Source: Octopus vulgaris (lineage: Eukaryota). From it: DNA of 64,000 nt. A program made the translations under genes and the position numbers. Numbering within the stretch: the stretch's first letter is position 1; every line of letters starts with the position of its first letter. Where the stretch lies: positions 89,466,001 to 89,530,000 of the forward strand of contig OX597814.1 in assembly GCA_951406725.2 (NCBI GenBank), written 5' to 3'. A model generated the notes under the pieces. That model did not search any database and was not told where the DNA came from. It saw nothing but the letters and a program-made list of their open reading frames with translations. Shown here piece after piece: positions 14,126 to 26,425 of this stretch.

Positions 14126-14526
14126 CTTTTCTACTCTACGCACGAGGCCCAAAATTCTTGGGGAGGAGCCAGTAGCTTAGATCGACCCCCCCCCCAGTAG
14201 GCGACTTGTACTTAATTTATCGACTCCGAAAGGATGAAAGGCAAAGTCGACCCCAGCGGCATTTGAATTCAGAACATAAAGACAGACGAAATACCTATTT
14301 CTTTACTACCCACAAGGGACTAAACACAGAGTGGACAAACAAGGACAGACAAACGGATTAAGTCGATTATAACGACCCCAGTGCGTAACTGGTACTTATT
14401 TAATCGACCCAGAAAGGATGAAAGGCAAAGTCGACCTCGGCGGAATTTAAATTCAGAACGTAAAGATGGTCCAAATGCCGCTAAGTATTTTGTTCTGAGT
14501 GCTAACGTTTCTGCCAGCACGCCGCC

Positions 14527-14528
<2 letters not shown>
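14125..14528 (-). mobile_element. SINE family A dimer (tail 1 unit followed by tail 2 unit)
   Basis: Two central domains in tandem on the minus strand. Confidence 0.9.
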
Positions 14529-14561
<33 letters not shown>

Positions 14562-14563
14562 TT

Positions 14564-17500
14564 TTTCTTTGTTGGCCACAAGGGCCGAACATAAGATATA
14601 AAAGGACAATATAAAACAAGGGATGAGATAGGTTTAGCACAAAAATACGTATATACAATAAAAACAATAACAATTAACAAAAGATTTTAAACAATAAATT
14701 TCCCCCAAAGTGAGGAGTTCCATCCAAGAGAGCGAAGCAAGAAACCCCACACATTCTGGTCATGCCCGACTACCAAGGGCACCTCAGACAGACGTCTGTC
14801 TCTTTTCAACCCCTCCGGCTTATAAGCGTTTTGTTCAGAGTTAGCCTTTTATTCGGGCCATCATCGCCACATTTACTCATCTTTAAATAGAAATAATGGG
14901 TGGGTTGGGGGCCAACAGTTCCCTCTCCATCCTGACTTACCTTTTCTAATGGAACTTCAAACAGTCGATGAGGGCTTGATCGAAGAGGAAAGTATTTTCA
15001 GTTCTTTCAACTTCACCCATCACACTACCTCTTTTACCATAGCCACCAAAACAGAAGCAAACTGCTTACCCTTCTCGGCCAAAAGAAAGCGGCAGTGCGA
15101 TCCTCACGATAGGGTCTGCTGATAATCGGATCCATCCTACACGCGTCAACAGCTGTTCGATAAAGCGACATAAGTCAGCAATGCCTGGGCATTGGACTCG
15201 TGCAAAGAGAATGGTTTCATCGCTCTGCGCACATCTCGGACATGTCCGTTTGGAAGCACTTTCGTCCTTCTCGAACCAGCAGAGCCCCCTCGTAGCACTG
15301 GTTAGGCCATGAATTTTTGGAAAAACCCCGCAGCTAATTGATCTCCCCCGACGCCCAAGGTTTCCTCGAGGACGTCGTCGCTTTTACTCGTCACTAAACC
15401 CCTCTAGAACTCCAGTATAGAACGTCTACTGACCGCATTTCCCGACTGGATGAGGGCTGTGAGCGCTTGTCGACACTCCAGCTGTCAAGCGTCCTTTCTC
15501 GGTCTACGCTTGATCCAGGACTATAGCTTCATCAATGAGACGAGCTGAGGAAAATCATGTGACAAATGGCGACCACACCTGCTCACCGTCAAGGAAACGC
15601 TAGAGATGTAGCAACCTCAGTGCAGGTCTGTGCATAGAAAGTGGAAGAACAAGCGCTCTACCCTGATCATTCACGAAGCAGGGCAAGGGACGAGGGTCAA
15701 GAAGTGGTAGATGACAGAAGCGATGCACGCATTGGCCTCCTCCACACGACTCTTCGGAGGCAGCTTCCTTTCTGCCCATTTCTGGTTGAGATGATCACTC
15801 TCATCGTTCCCTTCCCTTAGTTCTTGTCCACATGGAGGTCTGGACCAAACTAGACCCCGAGCATTTTAACCAGTTCTTCCGACCAGTGCCCTACGACGCT
15901 GTCGGACGACGTGTAATTGTCTCTCAAGGTGCCGAGCTGGTGGCCAATCGACTTCTCTTGGTTATTCTTTGCTCCTGTCCCCGCTTCGTATTCTCTTAGG
16001 GTAGTGCCGATCATCTCAACACTATTACGATGATGTTGTTCACATAAGGTGACAGGAACCCTCCGCATCGTAATTTACGCGGGGTGCCCCTCGAAACATC
16101 CGACTTCCATAACAATGACTCAAGAGTCAGTACGTACAGAAGGTGCAAGAGTGGGTATCTTTGACGGACCGAACGAGCGATGCTAAACGATTCCGATGGG
16201 CAGCCATTTACTTTCACACTGTACACTGCAGCGATGCAGCCTCTGAAGATGGTAGAGAAACCGACCGCCGTGAGAATGGTTGCCAACTATTAGTGATCGA
16301 CTCTATCAAAAGCTTTTGATTGATCCAAATTAAAGCCCCACCCATACCAGGTTTCTTACCTACCTTCTCTATGATAGTGTGTGACATGGAAGTTTTCGTC
16401 GATAGATCTGTTTGAGGTAACACATGTCTGCGCATCACCAACCAATTTATCGAAGATAAGCGCCAACCTCATGGCTAGCACCTGGGCCAAAATCTTGTAA
16501 TCTGCGTTCAGCAGGGTTACGGGCATAAAATTATCTATTTGGTCTTCCTCGTTCGGGTCTTTTCTTAGCAACACCACAAAGTCACAATTCACAGCATTGG
16601 GAATTCTCCCGCTCTGCTACAAGTTGTGGCAGACATCAGTCAAGAGATCACCGAACATGTCTGGCACATAATAATAAAGCTCGAAGGGCAGATCATTCAA
16701 CTTCTTATGTAGCTAATTATCGAGTCACGTATGGATTCGGCTGTTATCGGCATTTCACAGAGCTCCGACTCACTATGCGTTCCGTACAGTTCGGTAAAGT
16801 GTCGCTGAAATTCCGTACACATTTACATGGATTCGAGTAGCATGAGCCTCTCCTGATCCTTCAAAGACCGAATTGTATCTTTGTTGCCACGTTGCGTCTC
16901 CACCATCCGGGTCCATCGAACGGTTTTCATTTCCTCGTGCCTTAACACAAATGCCCAAGATCTGACAACGCAACCTTCGTACTTATCAGTGAAGAATTTT
17001 AAGAGCCAATCTAACCGCCAGCATGACGGCCGTTATGTCTCTTCTAAGTGTCCCTTTTAGCTTTCTAACTAGGTCTCTACCCGAACGCCTCTACTTTAAT
17101 AACTTTTTTCAGGGCTATCTACCATCGGTTGTAGACGATCTCACCCGACAATTTCTGATGGACTAACTTGCTAATCGAATCGCTGAAGGTTTGATGCAGG
17201 GAAGACGCGTTTAGTTTCCAGCACCAGGGGGTCCTGTCTATGGATCCTATCTGGATCGACCATACGGAACAGAAATTCGTGGTTTGTGTAACCAACGATT
17301 TTGAATTGTGGACAACTTATGCTACTTCTGTTTACAGGCCTACAAACAACTCTATCAATGTACGATACGGAAGACCAGACGATGCTGGTCCATATCCATA
17401 TTGGCATATTCAGGAAATACAGTAAGCACATTTCAACTAGTTGGAAGCGACTGAATGGTTTGAAAGGCTTTTACACCCTCCTCTAATCGGCTAGCACCGC

Positions 17501-17950
17501 CCTATCAAGGTGTGCGCCCAAGATGGCGTTCTAATCGCCCACTAGCACTAAAGAGCAATACGTCCCAAGGAAAACTTCTAAACGTCTGAAAAAATCTGGC
17601 TGCCCCGCCCCAGTTGGGGAATGCATAGCAACTAGTATAAAAGCACCACCTTCGCTATTACTCACATCCAGGATCACCAACTTATCATCCAGATCCAGGA
17701 AGATCGTCCGTACCTCGAGATTCAAACCTATTCTAAAAATCACTGCCACCTCGCCTACCATTCCAGGCCTGTTAAGAGACGCGTAGATGTGAAAGTCGTC
17801 GAAATTAGGGGCTAGATCTTGTGTGTCAGAAATTCTGGTCCCGCTGACAGCCGTCACAACCTTAGGTAGTAACCTGAGGTTGATGAGCAGGTGATCATGC
17901 TTTAGGCCACGATTATCTATGCAACCCACTCTTAAACTCGCTATGATGAC
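14564..17950 (-). mobile_element. L1/Tx1-like LINE, decayed ORF2 (APE endonuclease, RT, C-terminus) plus 3' UTR
   Basis: APE-like ORF 17531-17929 (GCIDNRGL...SLVLVGD). RT motifs NFMPVTLLNADYKILAQVLAMRL and SVRQRYPLLHLLYVL. Many frameshifts. Confidence 0.9.
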
Positions 17951-18140
17951 CGGAAAAGTTCAGAGAATGAGAAAAAATGGAGGAGGCTACTGACTCACCG
18001 GGTGCCACTGTAGATCAGACTGTTCAACTTTCATATCTTGACGTTCCTTTGGGGACTCCCTTAAAAGCCCACTTGTAACCTTTACATTAGGGCACATTAT
18101 TTACATTTGACGGATATTTGTCCTCATCTTGTTTGTTGTT

Positions 18141-18186
18141 AACACAGCGTTTCGGCTGATATACCCGCCAGGCTTCATCAGGTGTC
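18141..18186 (-). ncRNA. Minimal type I hammerhead motif (decayed)
   Basis: GACAC-CTGATGA-AGCCTG-GCGGGTATAT-CAGCC-GAAA-CGCT-GTGTT. Confidence 0.7.
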
Positions 18187-18262
18187 TTGGGCAAATTTCG
18201 AACCTGGGTTCTCATTCCTAAGGTATTTTTCGATGTCATTATTATTATTATTATTATTATTA

Positions 18263-18297
<35 letters not shown>

Positions 18298-18489
18298 TTT
18301 AATTAGGTCACTGCCTGGAATCAAACTCGGAATCTTGCGGTCAGTAGCCCGCGCTCTTGACCATCACGCCATATGCCCGTGGATTCTATTCTAGGCAGTG
18401 ACGTGAATAATAATGATAATAATAGTAACAACAACAACAACAACGAAAAATTCCTTAGGAGTGCGAACCCAGGTTCAACATTTCCCCAA

Positions 18490-18532
18490 GACACCTGATG
18501 AAGGCTGGAGGGTATATCAGCTGAAATGTGTT
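18490..18532 (+). ncRNA. Minimal type I hammerhead motif (3 nt missing from stem III)
   Basis: GACAC-CTGATGA-A-GGCTG-GAGGGTATAT-CAGCT-GAAA-T-GTGTT. Confidence 0.7.
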
Positions 18533-19077
18533 AACAACAAACAAGAAGAAGACAAATATCCGTCAAATGTAAATAATGTACATAATTCCTAATTTCTTAG
18601 ATGTAGAACTGTTTTACATTAGAGGTTTCTACGTCGTGAGAGAAACTTTTCCTTATACGTTTATGTTTCCAGTGGCATACGCACCATCATCAGTGTTTGT
18701 GAAGGAGATTACACCTTCTCTCTCAATGATCTTCCATCGTGCTATGATTGCCATCAATTCTCCTTTGGTCTTACCAGCACGAAGATTTGTGTTTCTGTTG
18801 TAGATTGTTGCTGTTGGGGGTGTTTTCTTTTCATTGATTATTGCAGTTGAGGTAGTGTTGATGGAGCTGGTCGTGATAGCGGTTGATGTGTTGTCGATTG
18901 TGGTGCTGGAGAGGTTGGTGTTGCTGTAGGTGTGTCTGTGATTGTTGCAGGTGTATTTTCTATGTTTTTTTTTTCTGTTTGATTTATTTTAAATTCTTTT
19001 CAGAATATGGAGTTTCCCCTCATTTTCACTACATGCTCTGCTCTGTAACTCAATAATAATAATAATAATAATAATAA

Positions 19078-19275
19078 TTCTTTCCAATTTTGAAACAAAG
19101 CCAGTAACTTTGAAAAAGGCAAGTCAATTAGATTGACCTAAGTACTTGACTGATACTTATTTTCATCGATCTCGAAAAGAAGGTAAGGTCGACTTCAGCA
19201 GAATCTGAACGTAGAACGTAAAGTTGCGGTAGAAATTCCGCTACGCATTTTTTTTCGGCGTGCTAATGATTCTAC
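19078..19275 (-). mobile_element. SINE family A, diverged copy
   Basis: Degenerate GGTCGACTTCAGCAGAATCTGAAC and head. Confidence 0.7.
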
Positions 19276-19400
19276 CACCACCACCACCACCACCACCATC
19301 ATCATCATCATGCAGCATCAACGGAATTCATTTGAATATAAAAATGTCAGAAAACTCAATTTAAGTTTTCTGACATTTCTTCCCACACGTTTTTTTTCTG

Positions 19401-19439
<39 letters not shown>

Positions 19440-20164
19440 TATATTATTTATTTATTTATTTATTTTTATTATTTTCATTATTTTCTTTTTATAATTCAGA
19501 AACCACAAAACTTTAAATTTGTCATTCACTCAAACATCTTTATTTCTCTTCCGTTTCTCCTTGAATTAATGTAACGATTCCGTTGTCATGTAGGCATAAG
19601 ATAAAAATGGTAGCATTCTTAATCTTTTAGTATTCATTCATGTTTAACACGTTACACATGAATAAATTTCTACTTTTTTCTAACTGCTTTCTGTCCGTGA
19701 ATGAATTTGAGAGAAAGAAGCAAAATAAATGAAAAATAAACTAAAGTAAGTAAAAATGCAAAAGAAGGAAAAAAAAAAAAACCCAACTTAAATCCAAATA
19801 CAAGGCTTACACATACCACAAATATACAACAGATTTTCGTTGAAGAATTAAGAATTGTTGAATTGTAGAAATGTAAATAGCATCTGGTTGTTGTTTTTAT
19901 TGTCTAGTGTTAGATCTGTTTTCAGTAAGCAAAACTTATGATCAAAGGCATTCCGGCTACCATAATCACGTATTTTTGTATACTTAGGATTATATGAACA
20001 AATTTGACCTACCTTTTTTTTTTTTTATAAGACACTAGAGTACTATTTCAAAGGAATATGATTGCTATTTCTAGCAGGTCTAGCAACAACCCACGCGAAG
20101 ACGTCATTGTCTGCTAGCAAGGAACTTGTAGTGTTAAACGTGTTTTCTCGCACTAAACACACTT

Positions 20165-20167
<3 letters not shown>

Positions 20168-20237
<70 letters not shown>

Positions 20238-20468
20238 TATACATACACACACCCATATATATATATATATACATATATATAAATATATATTGTATATATA
20301 CATATATATGTATGTATATATATACACAAACATATATGTATACATGTATATATCTATATCTATCTATCTATCTATCTATCTATAAATACATACACACACA
20401 TATATATAATTATTACATGTACTATATATATATGTGTACAAGTGTGTGTGTGTATGAACGTTTCTTTT

Positions 20469-20500
<32 letters not shown>

Positions 20501-20548
20501 CACACTCTTAATTACGCACAATATATGTACACGCACACACATATATAA

Positions 20549-20593
<45 letters not shown>

Positions 20594-20700
20594 CATAAAA
20601 TATATATAATGCATATAAATGTGTGCATGTGCACAATTGCGTGTGTGTGTATTCGTGCATGTGTGTATTTGTGAACATGCTTGTGTGTATGCATGTTCGT
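20168..20700. repeat. (TA)n/(TG)n-rich microsatellite tract
   Basis: Direct reading. Confidence 0.93.
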
Positions 20701-21324
20701 CAAAGAAAATTTGCGTATTTCGTTTTATTTTTCTTCTCCGTTTTTAGAATATTTCTACATGATGCTTGATTTGATCTCTAATCCATTGCTTGAGATCGCA
20801 TAAATTTTCCATTCTTTTAAATTTCATTATGCATCGTTCACACTGAAAATTTTCAGCCGCTGAAACTTGGAAATATTTATTCTTGAAAAAGCAAAGCCAG
20901 TACAAGTTTACCAGGTCGATCGGTAATCTACTTTTCCTATTCAGTAATTTCTCTATAGTATCAGCATACTTGTATAAAAGTATTACAATACAAGTTTCAG
21001 TATTTTACATGTTTACCGAGCGCTTGACACTTGTATACATACAGGTCAAACAAATGCACCCTCACATGCATACGTTCATATATACATACATACGTACAAA
21101 CATCTCTCAGTCTATGTATCCGTCGCTGCCTGTCGGTCTATCTGTCTGTCTGTATGTCTGTCTGTCTGACCCTTTCTCTCTCTCACTCTATGAACCTCTC
21201 TGTCGGTCGATGTCTGTCTGACTCTCTCTTCTCCAATTTTTCTCTCTATCTAGCCGTCTCAGCCTATCTGTCTTTCTTTATTCCCCCCTCTCTCTCTCAC
21301 ACATACACTCTCTCTAACTAACCT

Positions 21325-21527
<203 letters not shown>

Positions 21528-21529
21528 AA

Positions 21530-21690
21530 GGTGGCTTCTTTCAGTTTTCGTCAACCAAATCCACTCACAAGGCTTTAGTCGGCTTGAGGCTATGGTAAAA
21601 GACACTTGCTGAAGATGCCGCGCAGTGGGACTGAACCCAGAAGTATGTGGTCGGGAATTAGATGTCTTACCACATAGCCATTGCGCGCTT
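21530..21690 (-). mobile_element. SINE family B, 5' half
   Basis: Reverse complement of the family B motif GCCTTGTGAGTGGATTTGGTAGACGGAAACTGAAAGAAGCC plus tRNA-like head. Confidence 0.8.
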
Positions 21691-21842
21691 GGGGCCCAAA
21701 TTCGCCTATAAATACAGTTGCGGGTATTAAGCAGGTGAACACTTACCTGATTATTCCATGAGACAGCTTTGTATAACTCCATATAAACTCTCACAACTAT
21801 CCATCACGTTTAATTTCTTTTATGTATATCTTATTTAAATGT

Positions 21843-22263
21843 ATTATTAAATCTCTGAACGAGATGTAAACATAACCGCTCGACAATGTAAAGTATAATA
21901 GCCATCTCAATATGGCTAACCACAAAGGGTGGGTGTTACTGTAGCTTTTAGCCCCAGGGGATCATCGTCTCCAGCTGGCTTTAGGCACACTATCTGTGCC
22001 CTTATGGTATTTGCAAAGGGAGGCCATCCCTTTCTCGTAAGCCTAAGTGATACGACCGGACTGCAGAGGCAACAACCTCGAAACTGCAGTCCGGTCGTAT
22101 CACTTAGGTTTACAAGAGAGGGATGACCTCCCTTTGCAAATACCATAAGGGCACAGAAAGTGTGCCTAAAGCCAGCTGGAGACGATGATCCCCTAGGGCT
22201 AAAAGCTACAGTAACACCCACCCTTTGTGGTTAGCCATATTGAGATGGCTATTATACTTTACA
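21843..22263. mobile_element. Near-perfect fold-back element related to 6138-6859, with a hammerhead remnant at the apex
   Basis: 182 bp arms 21885-22066 and 22084-22265 with about 6 mismatches by eye. Direct repeat TTATTTAAATGT at 21831-21842 and 22264-22275. Apex GAGG-CAACAA-CCTC-GAAA-CTGCA-GTC. Confidence 0.88.
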
Positions 22264-22289
22264 TTATTTAAATGTGTTTTATCTTTTAT

Positions 22290-22685
22290 CTATTACTTGT
22301 TTCGGTCAGTGGACTGCGGCCATGCTGGGGCACAACCTTGATGGGTTTAATCGAACAAATCGACCTCAATATTTATCATTTTTAAAATCCGGTACTTATT
22401 CTGTCGGTCTTTTCTTTTGCCGCACCGCTATATAATGGGGGAAATAAACAAACCAACACCGGCCATCAAACGGCGTAAGAAAACACAAAGACACACACAC
22501 ACATACACACACATGCACGTATATATGTATACGACGGGCTTCCACACAGTTTCCCTCCACCAAGTTCACTCACAAAGCATTGGTCAGCTTGGGCTCTTGA
22601 AGAAGACACTTACCCAAAATGCTACACACTGGGAATGAACCGGAAACCACCTGGGTGCAATGTGAGCGTCTTTCCCCACACAGCG
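22290..22685 (-). mobile_element. SINE family B, diverged full-length copy
   Basis: Reverse-complement match to 25135-25530. Confidence 0.75.
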
Positions 22686-23275
22686 TATTTTATTTTACTT
22701 TATCGCATTTTATTTTATTTTATTGTGCGCTATTCAAACTCGTATTCCGAGCTTGAATGTAAGATCGAAACATTTGCACAAACATCCCCACCGGAATGTT
22801 TGTGCGAATTTATGAAAGTCTAAACGATTGACGAAATGCAACTACGCAAGGAGAAATAAAATACTAGTATGGTGCTTGCACATGTCTTCTTATGGAAATA
22901 TAGTAGGGAGATGCACCTAAACCAGTTCATGGTGTATGTAATTATTGTCCATTCCTGCTTTCATGCAACCTGAAAGCCGAGTGTGGCAAAGCGAATAAAG
23001 AAATGAATAAGTGAACGCGTACGAAACAGATGTAAACGTTATGTTATTGTAGGAACATACACGCACACACATGGCCTAATCCCTAAATATATTGCACTAC
23101 TTATCCACAACTCATTATTCACCAATTGTTTACTTAATACTTACTAACCCAAGCCCTTCGTTCCCTATAGAGCATAGGCCATCGACACCTTATTCTGGGT
23201 TGCTTTCTGCTTCTCCCTCTTTGGTCCCTGCTTTTCAACTCTACCTCAGTATTCCACCTCCAGCTATGTTTAGAA

Positions 23276-23499
23276 CAGTGGTTCTCAACCACATTTTGTC
23301 TATGGACTCCTTTGGTTCCTATTTTACTCTACTGGACCCACATGTTAAAAACCCTATAATATTTTTATATTTTATAAATATTTTTAGGAATTGAAAAAAA
23401 ATTGCTAAAAATATTTTGTGTATTGTAGATGAATAACCAACTTATTGCTTCTAAACTTTAACAGCGAAATCTTATATGGACCCCGGTTGAGAACCACTG
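23276..23499. mobile_element. hAT (Charlie-type) MITE
   Basis: 15 bp perfect TIR CAGTGGTTCTCAACC / GGTTGAGAACCACTG; target duplication degraded. Confidence 0.8.
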
Positions 23500-24184
23500 G
23501 TGTTGAGTGTCCTCTCTTCCACTTCCCTAGCAGGTCAGGGCTTGACGCATCATGTTTCCCCGAGGAAAGGCTTTTCTATTTCCGGTCTTCTTGGTATTGA
23601 ATTGTCATCGATGCACAGTAACTTTGATTATTTTCTTGGTAGGGGTGTTGACTCTACACAAACTTATTACCTCTGGTAAGTGGTAACCCTTATTAGTCTG
23701 ACTTGCCCAGCATATGTGGCCCTCCTAGGAGCTCACGTTCCGCTATCAAAGCGCTCAGGGTCATTGAAGTTATACAAGACCCCACATCGTAACAAAAACT
23801 AGATTTATCTACTTATCAATCATAATTAATTTCGCTATTCATGCACATATTACTCACAAAGACATTTATAGGGCGTTAGCGATGAATATTATTTATTTTA
23901 AACGAAGCACGACTAATCTCCCTTATTCCGTGTTCATAATATGCGTACACAGGATTTGCGCTGATGAATCGAATATCATATTGCATCCATATTATTTGTT
24001 AATGTATGTATTCCATCAAAATAACCAACAGATGAATTAAATGTGGTTGAAACGTGTCCACGCTTGATGAAAAACTCGGAGTTTCAGCCAGTTTTGGTCT
24101 CGGCACAGTGAAGCAAATTATTTATACTTTACCTTCGGCGTTGAGTGCCCATTCTTATATTCGTTATTGTTAATACACACATAT

Positions 24185-24348
24185 TGGCAGCTTATTTCAG
24201 TTTCCGTCAATCAAACCCACTCACAAGACTTTGGTCGTCCCAAGGTTATACTGGAAAACACCAACTCAAAGTGCCACGCAATGGTATCGAACTCGAAACC
24301 CTTTGATTGGGATGTAAACTTTTTATTGCATCGCCACGCCGGCGCCTA
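24185..24348 (-). mobile_element. SINE family B, 5' half, diverged
   Basis: TTTCAGTTTCCGTCAATCAAACCCACTCACAAGACTTTGGTCG. Confidence 0.7.
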
Positions 24349-24567
24349 TTAATTATTATCCTGTATATCCATCAAAACACACACCCTACTAAGGCATTAT
24401 GGCGCTATAGTTCCTATGAATATTTAATTTGCTGTTTTACTGCGATATGTCATATTTGAAACATTACTATTATGGAACTCCCATCTATCAGACTACAGTA
24501 TATCAGTGCAAAAGTTAAAAAAATTTTCTTATTAGTTTATTCAATAAAGTATAAAGCTATAAATATT

Positions 24568-24950
24568 CTTTTCTACTCTAGGCACAAGGCCCGAAATTTT
24601 TGGGGGAGGGGGCCAGTCGATTAGATCGACCCCAATACGCAAATAATATCTAATTTTTCGACCCCGAAAGGCAAAGTCGATTCCGGCGGAATTTGATCTC
24701 AGAACGTAAAGACAAATGAAATACTTATTTCTTTACTACCCACAAGGGTCTAAACACAGAGAGGACATACAAGGACAGACAAACGCATTAAGTCGATTAT
24801 ATTGACTCCGGTGCGTAAGTGGTACTTAATTTATCGACCCCGAAAGGCAAAGTCGACCTCGGTGGAATTTGAACTCAGAACGTAACGGCAGACGAAATAC
24901 GGCTACGCATTTCGCTCGGCGTGCTAACGATTCTGCCAGCTCGCCGCCTT
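24568..24950 (-). mobile_element. SINE family A dimer with target-site duplication
   Basis: Flanked by TATAAAGCTA(T/C)AAATATT on both sides. Confidence 0.9.
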
Positions 24951-25134
24951 ATAAAGCTACAAATATTAAAACGAAGATGATAACTTCAATTAATAGAAAT
25001 GAATTCGTTAGCTTAATATTTACACAGAAACCTGAATTGGAAGTTAACTATTGTTTTAAATTACAATTATACGGTAAATATTAAACATATCATACGCAAC
25101 AATTCATTAAAACCTTGCAAATCCACAACATTCA

Positions 25135-25530
25135 AGGAGTGGCTGTGTGGTAAGTAGCTTGCTAACCAACCACATGGTTCCGGGTTCAGTCCCACTGCGT
25201 GGCATCTTGGGCAAGTGTCTTCTGCTATAGCTCCGGGCCGACCAATGCCTTGTGAGTGGATTTGGTAGACGGAAACTGAAAGAAGCCTGTCGTATATATG
25301 TATGTATATGTATGTGTGTGTGTTTGTGTGTCTGTGTTTGTCCCCCTAGCATTGCTTGACAACCAATGCTGGTGTGTTTACGTCCCCGTTACTTAGCGGT
25401 TCGGCAAAAGAGACCGATAGAATAGGTACTGGGCTTACAAAGAATAAGTCCCGGGGTCGATTTGCTCGACTAAAGGCGGTGCCCCAGCATGGCCGCAGTC
25501 AAATGACTGAAACAAGTAAAAGAAAAGTAA
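25135..25530 (+). mobile_element. SINE family B, full-length (tRNA head, CORE-like CTTGGGCAAGT, internal microsatellite)
   Basis: A box TGGCTGTGTGG, B box GGTTCAGTCCC, ends GACTGAAACAAGTAAAAG. Confidence 0.88.
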
Positions 25531-25999
25531 AAGTAAGTATTCAAAATGGAATAATTACTGTCATATCGCACTATTCTCCACAAAAGTCGCTTGTTGTCCT
25601 TAAATAACTTTGATAAGCTTATACACAGTGCTACCATAGTTTGCATAATAATGGCATCACTGTTGTGTCGTTCTTTAAAAACTGAGCTTGCATCTTTTTA
25701 TTCTTCCTTGCCGTAAGTAACCCTTGCTAGCTGTTATTACTGGTCAAAGGTGTTAGCGATGTAACTATAGTTCTTTCATTTATCAACAATACTACAGTTA
25801 TCAAAGTGAATCATATTCTCTCTACGGATTCTCTTTATCATTGCAGTCCATAATTATAATATTCCCATTGTCTGCTGGGTCTTTCTTTATCATCTTCATT
25901 CCACAGACATTCATCCTTTGTATTCGTCAGTGCATTCAAAATTTCACATTTTTTTTAATGATTTGGTAAAATTTGTTCCAAATGTTGGCTTAATCCCAG

Positions 26000-26425
26000 A
26001 GATTTTAGTGGGATGGGGTAAGTCGATTACAGGGATCCTAGTACTCAACTAGTACTTTATTTCATCAACTCGAAAGAATGAAAGGTGAAGTTGACTTTGG
26101 CAGGATTTGAACTCTGGAGGTAAAGAGCCGGAAGAAATACCACTAACATTTTGTCCGGCACGGTTATGATTCTGCTAGCTCGCTTCCTTGAACAGTTTGA
26201 TAATAATGGTTTCAAAATTTGGCACAAGGCCAGCATTTTCGGGTGCGCGCGCGTGTGTGTGTGGATGAGGTAGGTAAATTACATCGATCCCAGTGCTCAA
26301 CTGGTTCTTATTTCGTCTACCTCGAAAGGATAAAAAGCAAAGTCGACCTCGGCGGAATTTGAACTCGGAACTTAAAGACGGACAAAAAGCCGCTAAGCAT
26401 TTTCCCCGGTGTGTTAATAATTCCG
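26000..26425 (-). mobile_element. SINE family A, two diverged copies
   Basis: Two central-domain matches (~26075 and ~26330). Confidence 0.75.

Larger units (their letters stand above)
18093..18612. mobile_element. tRNA-headed SINE-like element with hammerhead tail, inserted as a head-to-head inverted pair
   Basis: Minus copy 18094-18378 has A box TGGCGTGATGG and B box GAGTTTGATTCC. Plus copy 18382-18579 starts at the B box. Direct repeat TTTACATTAG at 18081-18090 and 18613-18622. Confidence 0.85.

Noticed and set aside
18655-18696. Minus-strand CTGATGA...GGAAAC string
   Set aside because: No stem I pairing and wrong spacing; probably LINE ORF1 sequence.
21916-22221. Mirror-image ORFs MGVTVAFSPRG on both strands
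   Set aside because: A by-product of the inverted repeat; no protein features.
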